A stretch of 64,000 nt of DNA from an uncultured SAR86 cluster bacterium (GCA_902526045.1 CABZJI010000001.1:395900-459899); one strand, 5' to 3'; shown: positions 1 to 9,060, numbered from the stretch's first letter. Numbers and translations are program-made. The notes: generated from the letters alone by a model not told the origin.

Positions 1-277
1 CTTTGTAATCTGTGAACATTTTGTCTATATCTTTTAAACCCTCAGGTCCTGTTGCGGCATTTGCGTTTCCTGCATTTACAAATAATGCAGTTTCCTTCTT
101 TTTATCAAGCTTTATTAAATTCTTTTTTGCAACCTTTACCGGCGCTGCAGGAAATTTATTTGAAGTAAATAACCCTGAGATATTAATATTGCTAGGCAAT
201 TTAATTATTGAGGTATCAAACCTTTTGCCATATTTTTGATAACTCGAAGAACAACCAATTTTAACTTCTTTCATCAT
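1..277 (-). CDS. argJ: Ornithine/glutamate N-acetyltransferase ArgJ, N-terminal part (runs off window start; not in ORF track)
   Basis: Manual translation from ATG 277 directly after the secA stop: MMKEVKIG...GLFTSNKFPAAPVKVAK...LFVNAGNANAATGPEG. Matches the ArgJ FT.N.F.AAPV and N.GNANA.TG motifs; secA-argJ adjacency is typical of Pseudomonadales-like genomes. Confidence 0.88.
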   Translation of the reverse strand, partial: MMKEVKIGCSSSYQKYGKRFDTSIIKLPSNINISGLFTSNKFPAAPVKVAKKNLIKLDKKKETALFVNAGNANAATGPEGLKDIDKMFTDYK

Positions 278-2893
278 CTATTTTCTTTTCTTCCTTTTTG
301 CCTTGGCTTGGAGTCTTCTCATTCTTCTATTTCCTGAAAATTCTTCATTTGGCTCAGATTGGTTTTTATTGACTTGTTCTTGAGGTGAATCAAAAGCTGA
401 TTGAATCTCTTCTTTATGACTTATTGTGTTTTTTATCACAGCACTTTCCTGAGCTGTTTTCTCCTCTTTATTAATTTGAACTTTTGATAAAAACTTTATT
501 GCTTCAGCATTGATGTTTGTAAGAAGACCCTCAAACATTTCAAAAGCCTCTCTTTTATATTCAAGTCTGGGATCTTTTCCTGCATAACTTCTAAAGCCTA
601 TATTTTGTCTTAGATATTCAAGGGCATTGATATGATTTTTCCAGGACACGTCTATGACCTGCAATACGATTTGTTTTTCCAAACCAGGAAGAACTTCGTT
701 ATATTCGATTCTTTTTTCAAGATATCTATTTTTAAGCTGATTTACAATTTCATCAATTAAAGTATCTTGATTATTTTTTTCATCATTTAAGAACTTAACT
801 ACATCAAATTCGAAAGCGAAATCCAAAGACAAAGCATTTTTTAATTTATCCGTTTGCCACTGACTTTCTACGCTAGAAGGTGGCAGAAACGAGTAAACTA
901 AATCTGATATTTCATTGAATCGCATAGAATCAATTAATTCTGTTAAGTCTTCTTCCTGAAGAATTTCTTCTCTTTGAGAATATATAACTTGTCTTTGTTC
1001 GTTGAGAACATCATCAAATTCAAGAATTCTCTTCCTTAAATCAAAATTTCTTCCTTCAACTCTTCTTTGAGCTCTTTCGATTGCTCCAGTAAGCATTCTG
1101 TGTTCGATGGATTCTCCTTTTTTCATGCCTCCGACTGATTGCATAAGACTTTTAACTCTTTCTGGTGCAAAAATCTTCATTAAACTATCTTCTAAGGACA
1201 GATAGAATTGCGATGAACCGGGATCTCCTTGTCTTCCAGATCTACCCCTAAGCTGATTATCAACTCTTCTTGATTCATGTCTTTCAGTTCCAATTACATG
1301 TAGACCACCAAGCAACAAAACTTTTTCTCTAAAAGATGATTCATTTTCGTTGCCCCCCAGCACAATATCTGTTCCTCTTCCTGCCATATTTGTCGCAATG
1401 GTCACAGCATTCTCAGCTCCTGCCTGAGATATTATTTCTGCTTCCCTCTCGTGTTGTTTTGCGTTTAAAACATTATGCGCGATGTTTTTTTGTTTAAGTT
1501 TGCTGGATATTAATTCAGATGTTTCAACAGATATTGTTCCAACCAAAATGGGAGCACCAGTAGCGTTAATTCTTTCTATTTCCTCAACAAGAGCATCATA
1601 CTTTTCTTCTAAGGTTAAATAAATTTTGTCCTCCCTATCATTCCTTATCATGGGAAGATTGGTTGGTATTACTATGGTTTCTAAGGAGTAGATTTCTTCA
1701 AACTCTTGAGCTTCAGTTTCCGCCGTTCCAGTCATGCCTGACAATTTATTAAAGAGTCTGAAAAAATTTTGAAAAGTGGTTGATGCCAAAGTTTGACTTT
1801 CAACTTGAATGTTTACGTTTTCTTTAAGTTCTAAGGCTTGATGCACCCCATCAGATAATCGCCTCCCTGGTAAAGCTCTTCCAGTGTTTGTATCAATCAA
1901 TACGACTTGACCGTTTTGAACGAGGTAATCGGTGTTTTTTTCAAATAGATTGAACGCTCTTAGAGAAGATTGAACCATATTCAGTAATTTAAGATTTTCA
2001 CTTGCGTAGAGTGAGTCATCTTCTTTGAGAAGTCCGTTGTGCACAAGAAGACGCTCAACATTTTCATGACCTTTCTCTGTAAGTTCAGCTGATCTTATTT
2101 TTTCATCAATTTGAAAATCACCCTCAACAAAAACATCCCCTGATTCTTCATCAAATTCTTCTTTTTTAAGGCGGGGAATTATTTGACCGATTTTTTTATA
2201 GATTTCTGAATTATCTTCCGCAACCCCGCTTATCACTAAAGGAGTTCTGGCCTCATCAATCAGTATTGAATCAACTTCATCAACTACAGCAAAAAAAAGA
2301 TCCTTTTGCATTTTATGTGCTCCATCCATTGCCATGTTATCCCTTAGATAATCAAAACCAGCTTCATTATTGGTGATATAAACGATCTCTGATTGATAGG
2401 CATTTTTTTTCTCTTCAAAGCTCTGATTTGGAACAACATGACCTACAGTTAAACCAAGACCCTCATATAGAGGCCTCATCCAATTTGCATCTCTTTCAGC
2501 TAAATATTCATTAACGGTAATTACATAAACTCCTCGCCCAGTTAGAGCATTCAAGTAGCAAGGAAGAGTTGCAACAAGTGTTTTTCCTTCACCTGTTGCC
2601 ATTTCAGCAATTTTTCCTTCATTTAAAATAGCTCCGCCAACTAATTGACAGTCGTAATGTCTCAGGCCGAGATTTCTTTTACTTGATTCACGAACAAGAG
2701 CGAAAGCTTCAACTAGCAAAGAATCCAATGATTCTCCTGATTTGGCTTTTTTTCGAAGACCCTCAGATTTCTGTAAAAGCTCTTCTTGGCTTATAGATTC
2801 TAAGCTTGATTCCAAAGAATTAATTTCCGTTATAATTTTTGAAAGCCGGTTTATGGCTCTTTTATGTTTTGAACCAAAAAGAAAGCTAAACAT
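278..2893 (-). CDS. secA: Preprotein translocase ATPase SecA
   Basis: MATGEGKT Walker A, DEVDSILIDEARTPL, GTERHESRRVDNQLRGRSGRQGDPG. Confidence 0.99.
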   Translation of the reverse strand: MFSFLFGSKHKRAINRLSKIITEINSLESSLESISQEELLQKSEGLRKKAKSGESLDSLLVEAFALVRESSKRNLGLRHYDCQLVGGAILNEGKIAEMATGEGKTLVATLPCYLNALTGRGVYVITVNEYLAERDANWMRPLYEGLGLTVGHVVPNQSFEEKKNAYQSEIVYITNNEAGFDYLRDNMAMDGAHKMQKDLFFAVVDEVDSILIDEARTPLVISGVAEDNSEIYKKIGQIIPRLKKEEFDEESGDVFVEGDFQIDEKIRSAELTEKGHENVERLLVHNGLLKEDDSLYASENLKLLNMVQSSLRAFNLFEKNTDYLVQNGQVVLIDTNTGRALPGRRLSDGVHQALELKENVNIQVESQTLASTTFQNFFRLFNKLSGMTGTAETEAQEFEEIYSLETIVIPTNLPMIRNDREDKIYLTLEEKYDALVEEIERINATGAPILVGTISVETSELISSKLKQKNIAHNVLNAKQHEREAEIISQAGAENAVTIATNMAGRGTDIVLGGNENESSFREKVLLLGGLHVIGTERHESRRVDNQLRGRSGRQGDPGSSQFYLSLEDSLMKIFAPERVKSLMQSVGGMKKGESIEHRMLTGAIERAQRRVEGRNFDLRKRILEFDDVLNEQRQVIYSQREEILQEEDLTELIDSMRFNEISDLVYSFLPPSSVESQWQTDKLKNALSLDFAFEFDVVKFLNDEKNNQDTLIDEIVNQLKNRYLEKRIEYNEVLPGLEKQIVLQVIDVSWKNHINALEYLRQNIGFRSYAGKDPRLEYKREAFEMFEGLLTNINAEAIKFLSKVQINKEEKTAQESAVIKNTISHKEEIQSAFDSPQEQVNKNQSEPNEEFSGNRRMRRLQAKAKRKKRK

Positions 2894-2895
2894 AT

Positions 2896-3816
2896 TTATC
2901 CTGAACTTGGATTTATAACTGGATCAATATAACTTATAAACTGATTGCCTTTATCAGCAGTAATCACTTCCCATGTATCTGGATTCTCAAGCAATTTTCT
3001 AAGTAACAAATTGTTATGTTTATGCCCTGATTTATAACCCTCAAATGCACCTATCAAATTGTGTTTGAGGAGGTAAAGGTCTCCAATTACATCAAGAATT
3101 TTATGTTTTACAAATTCATCATCTGATCGAAGCCCATCTTCGTTTAAAATCTCATCGTCTCCTATCGCTATAGCATTTTTTTCGCTAGCTCCGAGAGCTA
3201 AGTTTTGTTTCTTAAGTGCATCAACATCACTCATAAAGCCAAATGTTCTTGCCCTCGAAATCTCTTTTAAAAAAGTTGTGGAATTAAAGTCGATGGTTGC
3301 CTTGCTGGGTTGCTTTTTATGAACGGGATGATCGTAATCCAAAATATAGCTTACTTTAAAACCATCGTAAGGTTTCAAAGATGCTCTAGCACCACTTTCA
3401 TCTTCGATAGAAATCGGCTTTAGAATCTTTATGAACTTTTTAACACTTTTTTGCTCTTTTATTCCTGCTGATTGGATTAGAAATACAAATGGGTTTGCCG
3501 ATCCATCCATTATTGGAACTTCCATGTCGTTAATCTGTATGTAAGCATTATCTATGCCAAGACCTGCAAATGCAGATAATATGTGTTCAACAGTTGAAAT
3601 TTGAATATCCCCATTTACGAGGGTAGTAGCTAAGGCTGTCGCACCAACATTTTCGACAGTGGCAGTTATTTCAACCACAGGATCACAGTCAACTCTTTGG
3701 AAAATTATTCCTGTATCTTCAGGCGCAGGGAGTAATTTTATTGTAGTTTTTCTACCTCCATGAACGCCAATACCACTGGCTTTTATAGAATTTGTTAAAG
3801 TTCTCTGGGCTAACAT
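2896..3816 (-). CDS. lpxC: UDP-3-O-acyl-N-acetylglucosamine deacetylase
   Basis: QRTL..GIGVHGG N-terminus, [29 protein letters not shown] zinc/catalytic motifs. Confidence 0.98.
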   Translation of the reverse strand: MLAQRTLTNSIKASGIGVHGGRKTTIKLLPAPEDTGIIFQRVDCDPVVEITATVENVGATALATTLVNGDIQISTVEHILSAFAGLGIDNAYIQINDMEVPIMDGSANPFVFLIQSAGIKEQKSVKKFIKILKPISIEDESGARASLKPYDGFKVSYILDYDHPVHKKQPSKATIDFNSTTFLKEISRARTFGFMSDVDALKKQNLALGASEKNAIAIGDDEILNEDGLRSDDEFVKHKILDVIGDLYLLKHNLIGAFEGYKSGHKHNNLLLRKLLENPDTWEVITADKGNQFISYIDPVINPSSG

Positions 3817-4529
3817 AATTTATTTTTTTTCTGTCTATTGATTTCGAATACTATTAAAGATGTAGCAATTGCAACGTTGAGACTTTCTAGACTCTCATTA
3901 ATAGGTATAGAAATCATTTTATCGCATTTTGATTTTAAAGTTTCTTGAATACCATTATTTTCTGAACCAATGATCAAACATATTTTATCTTTCAAGTTCA
4001 CATCATAGATGACTTGCGAGTTTATACTCGCCTCTGCTCCATAAATTTGAAATCCTCTAATTTTTAAAATGTCACAAACCCGCTTCAAATTTGGAACTAT
4101 GACAAATGGGACAAGCTCACTTGATCCTTTAGAAACTTCCCTAACAGACCTTGTTAAATGACAAGACCTCGATTTTGGAACCACTACTGCATCTACATTT
4201 GCACCAAAGCAAGATCGAAGAATTGACCCTAAATTGTTTGGATCGGTGATGTGGTCAAGCAAGAGAATAACTGGATTCTTTTTTTTCTCAACTAACCTCT
4301 CAAGATATTCAATATTTTTAGGTTCTGATGGCTTAAATTTTAGATTGATTTTAGTTTTTGAATTTTTGAAATTCTTTGTTTCAACTTTAATTTTCTTTTC
4401 TAAAGCATGCTCTTTTAAAATTTTTATCCTTTTTGAGGAAGCTGCTCTATCGAGCTCTAGGGAGATAACAGATTCAGATTTATTGATAATCAATGTCTTT
4501 ATGGTATTCAAATCAGATGTCTCAAACAT
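3810..4529 (-). CDS. rlmB: 23S rRNA Gm2251 methyltransferase (SpoU/TrmH family)
   Basis: [38 protein letters not shown] motifs; follows rnr as in the conserved rnr-rlmB pair. Confidence 0.9.
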   Translation of the reverse strand: MFETSDLNTIKTLIINKSESVISLELDRAASSKRIKILKEHALEKKIKVETKNFKNSKTKINLKFKPSEPKNIEYLERLVEKKKNPVILLLDHITDPNNLGSILRSCFGANVDAVVVPKSRSCHLTRSVREVSKGSSELVPFVIVPNLKRVCDILKIRGFQIYGAEASINSQVIYDVNLKDKICLIIGSENNGIQETLKSKCDKMISIPINESLESLNVAIATSLIVFEINRQKKNKLC

Positions 4530-4531
4530 TT

Positions 4532-6397
4532 TTAAGCTGGTATTAAACTTATTTTACCTTCATAAGGATGAACCGATTCGATAATACAATCCATCTTATC
4601 GCCAATGCTTATCGAGCTTTGTCTACTAGTTAAAGATCTCATTTCGTGGTTAAAGTTGTAGTAATTACTTTTATTAAATGAACTTATGTGACACAACCCC
4701 TCAATGTTAATTTGATCTAGCTTCACAAACACTCCAAATTCTGTAACGCCAGTTACGATCCCAGAAAATTTATTCCCAATATAATTTTGTCCGCATCTCG
4801 ATCTTAGAACTTTATCTGCTTCTTTAGAAACTTGATCAGCTTCTCTTTCTCTAAAACTGCAATTTTCTGCAATATCAGCTAAATCATTTTTTGTTAAAGA
4901 TTTAAATTTTTTGCTATGGATAATTTTTTTTATACATCTATGAACAACTAAATCTGGATATCTTCTGATGGGAGAGGTGAAGTGTAAATATTCATCTAAA
5001 CCCAAAGCGAAATGCTCACTCCTTTCAGAAGAATAAATTGCGAGTTTCATACTTTTTAAAATTTCTAAAGCTAAGATTTCATTGATTTTATGTTTTGAGG
5101 TTTTTTCAACCCAATCAAAAATAGATTTTCTGGAAAGATTAAAATCGCCTGATATGGCCAAACCTCTTGATTGAAGAAATTTTTGCAATGAAATGATCTT
5201 ATCCATATCTGGGAAGTCATGAAATCTGAAAATAGTGCTTGTTTGATTTTCTTTTAGAAATTTTGCAGCAGATATATTTGCCAAAATCATGCATTCTTCA
5301 ATAGCCTTATGACTCAAATATCTTTTTACCGGGACAAAAGCTTTTAGTTTTCCTTTCTTAATTTCTGGTCGGTACTCATTCATTTCAAAATCTATTGCGA
5401 GCCTTTGTTTCCTTTTTTCGATTCTTTTGTTACATATTTCTAACAATCTATTTAGATCTTTTGAAAAATCTGGATATCTGTTTATGTCATCCTTCTTAAG
5501 ATTTGAAAGTTCGTCATATGTAAATCTTTTCTTCGATTCGATAACTGCCGAATAAAATTTGAAAGCACTAAGAGAACTATCTTTTTCAAGAAACATTTCG
5601 CAAACCAGTGTTAACCTTTTTTCCAGAGGGCGGAGAGAACAAATATCGTTTGATAATTCTTTTGGTAACATTGGAATAACTGTTGAATTTAAGTAAATCG
5701 AAGTTGCTCTTTCTGCAGCCACTTCATCTAAAGAAGATCCCTCAGCTACATAAGTAGAGACATCAGCTATTGCAACTAACAATTTATAACCATCTGCAGC
5801 TTTCTCGCAGCAAATGGCATCGTCAAAATCTTTTGCATTTTTTCCGTCAATAGTAAAAAAATTTCTATCGGTTAAATCTTCATAATCTGATGAGAAACTT
5901 TCAGAATCATGTTCTTTTATAATTCTTCTTATTTCTGGCAAAACCTTTTTTGGAAAAGCTCTACTAATATTCAGATTTGTCTGTAGAGCAATTTCGTCTG
6001 CTTCTTCAAAAATATTTGAAAAAATAAGTTGCTCAGCTATGTAACCTTCTGGCTTATGTTTTAAGCTAGGTTGTTTTTTAATTTTTATTTTACAAAGGTC
6101 ACCATTTTTGAGTTTTTTTGAAGTATTCTTTTTAATTATTATTTCAAGGTGAAACTCTTTATTAACGGATTCTGCAATCCACCCTTTATTAGTTTTTTTT
6201 AACTTACCTATGACTTCGTTTGTATTTCTCTCAATTATTCTTTGGATGGTTGCTTTATCTTGTTGAACCGAACATTCAACCTTATCACCTGGAAATACTT
6301 TGAATAGTTCCTTTCTTGAAAGATTAAAGGATAGATCTTCAGAAACGAATAAAGATCCTCTACCATTTTTTGAAAGTTTTACTATTCCTTTAAACAT
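4532..6397 (-). CDS. rnr: RNB-family 3'-5' exoribonuclease, RNase R-like, short form
   Basis: FTIDGKNAKDFDDA catalytic motif, HFTSPIRRYPDLVVHR, C-terminal S1 domain; adjacent to rlmB. Confidence 0.9.
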   Translation of the reverse strand: MFKGIVKLSKNGRGSLFVSEDLSFNLSRKELFKVFPGDKVECSVQQDKATIQRIIERNTNEVIGKLKKTNKGWIAESVNKEFHLEIIIKKNTSKKLKNGDLCKIKIKKQPSLKHKPEGYIAEQLIFSNIFEEADEIALQTNLNISRAFPKKVLPEIRRIIKEHDSESFSSDYEDLTDRNFFTIDGKNAKDFDDAICCEKAADGYKLLVAIADVSTYVAEGSSLDEVAAERATSIYLNSTVIPMLPKELSNDICSLRPLEKRLTLVCEMFLEKDSSLSAFKFYSAVIESKKRFTYDELSNLKKDDINRYPDFSKDLNRLLEICNKRIEKRKQRLAIDFEMNEYRPEIKKGKLKAFVPVKRYLSHKAIEECMILANISAAKFLKENQTSTIFRFHDFPDMDKIISLQKFLQSRGLAISGDFNLSRKSIFDWVEKTSKHKINEILALEILKSMKLAIYSSERSEHFALGLDEYLHFTSPIRRYPDLVVHRCIKKIIHSKKFKSLTKNDLADIAENCSFREREADQVSKEADKVLRSRCGQNYIGNKFSGIVTGVTEFGVFVKLDQINIEGLCHISSFNKSNYYNFNHEMRSLTSRQSSISIGDKMDCIIESVHPYEGKISLIPA

Positions 6398-6419
6398 TTA
6401 TGTGTCAATGAGTTACTCA

Positions 6420-6427
6420 AGTATACT
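6420..6427. promoter_or_regulatory. Palindromic -10 element AGTATACT, likely bidirectional promoter for rnr and the WbpB-like gene
   Basis: TATACT is present on both strands in a 36-bp divergent spacer; on + it ends 6 nt before ATG 6434. Confidence 0.55.
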
Positions 6428-6433
6428 TTTTCA

Positions 6434-7363
6434 ATGAGTAATAAGCTCAAATTTGGATTATTGGGAGCACTAGGGTACATAGCTCCTCGTCATATTCAAG
6501 CAATCAATAATATAAATGCAGAGCTGATATGCGTCAGTGATTTAGATTTCAATCTTGCTCAACAAAAAGAATTTCACTCTAAGAACGTAGAAACTTTCAA
6601 TAGTCTTGAGGAGATGATCAAATATCATCAACAACATAGCTTAGACTATATTTCTATTTGTACTCCAAATCATTTACACACTGAGCAAATAATTACTTGC
6701 CTTGAAAATAATATTAATGTGATTTGCGAAAAGCCACTAGCTTTATCTATAAAAGATTTAGATAAAATTAGAAAATCTGAACTTGGTTCTTCTGCATCGA
6801 TTTTTACAATAATGCAACTGAGATTTCACGAATCAATTATTCAATTGAAAGAAAAGATAACTTCACAAAGCTTAGAAGAAAAAAATGAGGTCATCCTTAT
6901 ATATGCTACAACCAGAGGTTCAGAATTTTTTTCATCCTGGAGAGGAAGTGAAAACACATCAGGAGGGATCCTTTTCGAATTTGGTATTCATTATTTGGAT
7001 ATTTTGATGGATATTTTTGGCCAAGTTATAAATTTCAATGTCAATAAGTTATCTCTTAATCAAGCTAACGTTCTTATTGAACATGAAAATGCGAAAGTCT
7101 TGATAATGATTAACGTTTTATCTAAAGAAAAACTTGAAGAGATGGGACAAGAGGAAGTGCTCTATAGATCTTTCACCATAAATGGCGAAGAATTTGAATT
7201 TACTGGCGGATTTCAAGATTTACATACTAGGAGTTATGAATCAATTCTTGAGGGTAAAGGCTTTACCGTTGAAGATGCTTCTAAATCAATTACTCAAATA
7301 TCTAAAATAATGGATGAGTTTGAAAAAGGTTCGACTTATAAACCAATTTTAAATAATCTTTGA
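6434..7363 (+). CDS. Gfo/Idh/MocA NAD-dependent dehydrogenase, WbpB/WlbA-like (UDP-sugar 3-dehydrogenase family)
   Basis: GALGYIAPRH, DYISICTPNHLH, VICEKPL, IMQLRFH, YRSFTINGEEFEFTGGFQDLHTRSYESILEGKGF resemble Pseudomonas WbpB as I recall it. Confidence 0.8.
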   Translation: MSNKLKFGLLGALGYIAPRHIQAINNINAELICVSDLDFNLAQQKEFHSKNVETFNSLEEMIKYHQQHSLDYISICTPNHLHTEQIITCLENNINVICEKPLALSIKDLDKIRKSELGSSASIFTIMQLRFHESIIQLKEKITSQSLEEKNEVILIYATTRGSEFFSSWRGSENTSGGILFEFGIHYLDILMDIFGQVINFNVNKLSLNQANVLIEHENAKVLIMINVLSKEKLEEMGQEEVLYRSFTINGEEFEFTGGFQDLHTRSYESILEGKGFTVEDASKSITQISKIMDEFEKGSTYKPILNNL

Positions 7364-7869
7364 AAATGCATAAAATTTCAACTCCAGATCTGAGCGATTT
7401 AAATCCAAGTGTTCCATTCATAGGCCTTCAATTTAACTCATATGGAGCGAGAGATTTTCTTTATGGGCCGATCAAAACAGTTTATGCCCCAAACGACAAT
7501 ACTTATGTGAAAAAGACTCTAGCTACAGAGGGACAAGGAGGAGTTCTTTTTGTCGATGGGAGCAAAAGTTTTGAGGTTGCACTCTTAGGAGACATGATTG
7601 CTAAAAGTGCCTATAAAAATAATTGGAACGGAATCATTATCCTCGGCTGCGTCAGAGACGTAGATGTCTTGAAAACAATCGATATGGGAATTTTTGCTCT
7701 AGGTTCTGTACCAAGAAAAAGTGAAAAAAAAGATCGAGGTTCGGTTGATGATCCAATTGAAATAAACGGACTAATTGTAAATTCAAAAGATTGGGTTTAT
7801 GGAGACTCAACAGGTGTATTAGTCTCCAAAGTGGAGCTGGCGATAGGAGTCGAACCTACGACCGCCTGA
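7360..7869 (+). CDS. rraA: RraA family protein (HMG aldolase / RNase E regulator-like)
   Basis: GPIKTV...DN..VK, GVLFVDG, ALLGDMIA, GCVRD, DWVYGDSTGVLV. Confidence 0.9.
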   Translation: MKMHKISTPDLSDLNPSVPFIGLQFNSYGARDFLYGPIKTVYAPNDNTYVKKTLATEGQGGVLFVDGSKSFEVALLGDMIAKSAYKNNWNGIIILGCVRDVDVLKTIDMGIFALGSVPRKSEKKDRGSVDDPIEINGLIVNSKDWVYGDSTGVLVSKVELAIGVEPTTA

Positions 7870-7907
7870 TTACAAATCAGGAGCTCTACCAACTGAGCTA
7901 CGCCAGC
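7832..7907 (-). tRNA. tRNA-Thr(UGU)
   Basis: Reverse complement GCTGGCG...CCTGA-TTTGTAA-TCAGG...GGTTCGACTCC...CGCCAGC-T-CCA, 76 nt cloverleaf. Confidence 0.98.
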
Positions 7908-7926
7908 AACGAAAAGAATTATAAAC

Positions 7927-8724
7927 TCATTTATCTAATTTTAAAGATACTTCTCCAGAACTAAATTTAACTATATTTTGGCCCTTTAAATTTTGAGCTA
8001 TTAAAAGTCCCTTGTTATCAATTCCTTTCCCAGTATAAGTAACGCTTGGGTTTTCTTTCAAAGTGAATTCCTTATTTCTCAATATATCTAAAGGAGCAAA
8101 TCTTTCATTGAAGTAACCAAAATCCTCTCGCTCAAACTTTATCAAGGTAGAGGATAGTTTCTTGATCATTTCCACAATGATTAAGTTTCGATCTATTGAT
8201 TGTTTCTTCTCTAATTTCATTGAGGTCCACTTTTGATCTATTAGTTCTGAGTATTCCATATTAACGTTAAGCCCAATTCCAATAACTACTTTGATTAATT
8301 CATCTTCTTTTGCTGTTTCTATGAGAATGCCACAAATCTTTTTATTTTTCACAAGAAGATCATTAGGCCATTTAATTAAAGCTTTTATATTGAATTCAGT
8401 CAGGACTTCAGATACCGATAAAGCTGTTGCTATGCTAAGACCAGATAAATCTTCTTTTTTCAAAAAAGAACCAAGCGAAAAATATATATTCTTAAATTTT
8501 GGACTGATCCAAGATTTTCCTCTACGTCCTCTACCTTTTGTTTGTTCTTCAGCTATGCATATTTTCATCTTTTTATCTTCTTTTATTTCTCTTTTTAAAA
8601 GGAAGTCATTCGTTGAACTTATACTATCGAATATCTCCAAAGAAACTCTTGTTCTTAAGTGATTATTCAGTTTTGATAGTATTTTTTTCTTATCTAAAGG
8701 ATTTTTGTTGACAACTTCCATCAT
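7927..8724 (-). CDS. birA: Biotin-[acetyl-CoA carboxylase] ligase lacking the N-terminal HTH; start corrected to ATG 8724 (or 8721)
   Basis: STND, AEEQTKGRGRRGKSWISP, KWPND, KICGILIE, GIGLNVN. The ORF-track extension to 8832 is antisense to tRNA-Tyr. Confidence 0.93.
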   Translation of the reverse strand: MMEVVNKNPLDKKKILSKLNNHLRTRVSLEIFDSISSTNDFLLKREIKEDKKMKICIAEEQTKGRGRRGKSWISPKFKNIYFSLGSFLKKEDLSGLSIATALSVSEVLTEFNIKALIKWPNDLLVKNKKICGILIETAKEDELIKVVIGIGLNVNMEYSELIDQKWTSMKLEKKQSIDRNLIIVEMIKKLSSTLIKFEREDFGYFNERFAPLDILRNKEFTLKENPSVTYTGKGIDNKGLLIAQNLKGQNIVKFSSGEVSLKLDK

Positions 8725-8736
8725 GACTCCGAGAAT
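8708..8736 (+). promoter_or_regulatory. sigma70 promoter for tRNA-Tyr
   Basis: TTGACA(8708-13)-17 bp-GAGAAT(8731-36); overlaps the birA start codon on the other strand. Confidence 0.6.
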
Positions 8737-8750
8737 ACCACGCTCTGATT

Positions 8751-8834
8751 GGAGGGGTTGGGGAGCGGTCAAACCCAGCTGACTGTAAATCAGCCGCTTC
8801 GGCTTCGCAGGTTCGAATCCTGCCCCCTCCACCA
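8751..8834 (+). tRNA. tRNA-Tyr(GUA)
   Basis: GGAGGGG...GCTGA-CTGTAAA-TCAGC, long variable arm, GGTTCGAATCC, encoded CCA; 84 nt. Confidence 0.97.
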
Positions 8835-8841
8835 GAAAATC

Positions 8842-8870
8842 TTGCCTTTATTGCAAGAAAGCAGTATAAA
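8842..8870 (+). promoter_or_regulatory. sigma70 promoter for tRNA-Thr-tuf-tRNA-Trp-secE
   Basis: TTGCCT-17 bp-TATAAA followed by GC-rich discriminator-like GCCTCC. Confidence 0.65.
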
Positions 8871-8956
8871 TGCCTCCGGAGCGAAAGGTCTAGAATAATA
8901 CATTGATTTTTAACCAATAATTTATTCTTTTTGATCCGGGATTTATGAACATTTAT

Positions 8957-9032
<76 letters not shown>

Positions 9033-9060
9033 GACAGAAAATTTTTAGAGAGGATAGATA

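Noticed and set aside
12-239. 75-aa plus-strand ORF
   Set aside because: Antisense shadow of argJ, which has clear motifs on the minus strand
8760-8776. tRNA-Tyr D-stem reads GGG/CCC instead of the common CCC/GGG
   Set aside because: Fully compensatory, and D-stem sequence varies among tRNA-Tyr; no functional anomaly evident
8725-8832. ORF-track N-terminal extension of birA (MEGAGFEPAK...)
   Set aside because: It is the reverse complement of tRNA-Tyr, a typical shadow translation; BirA homology begins after 8724
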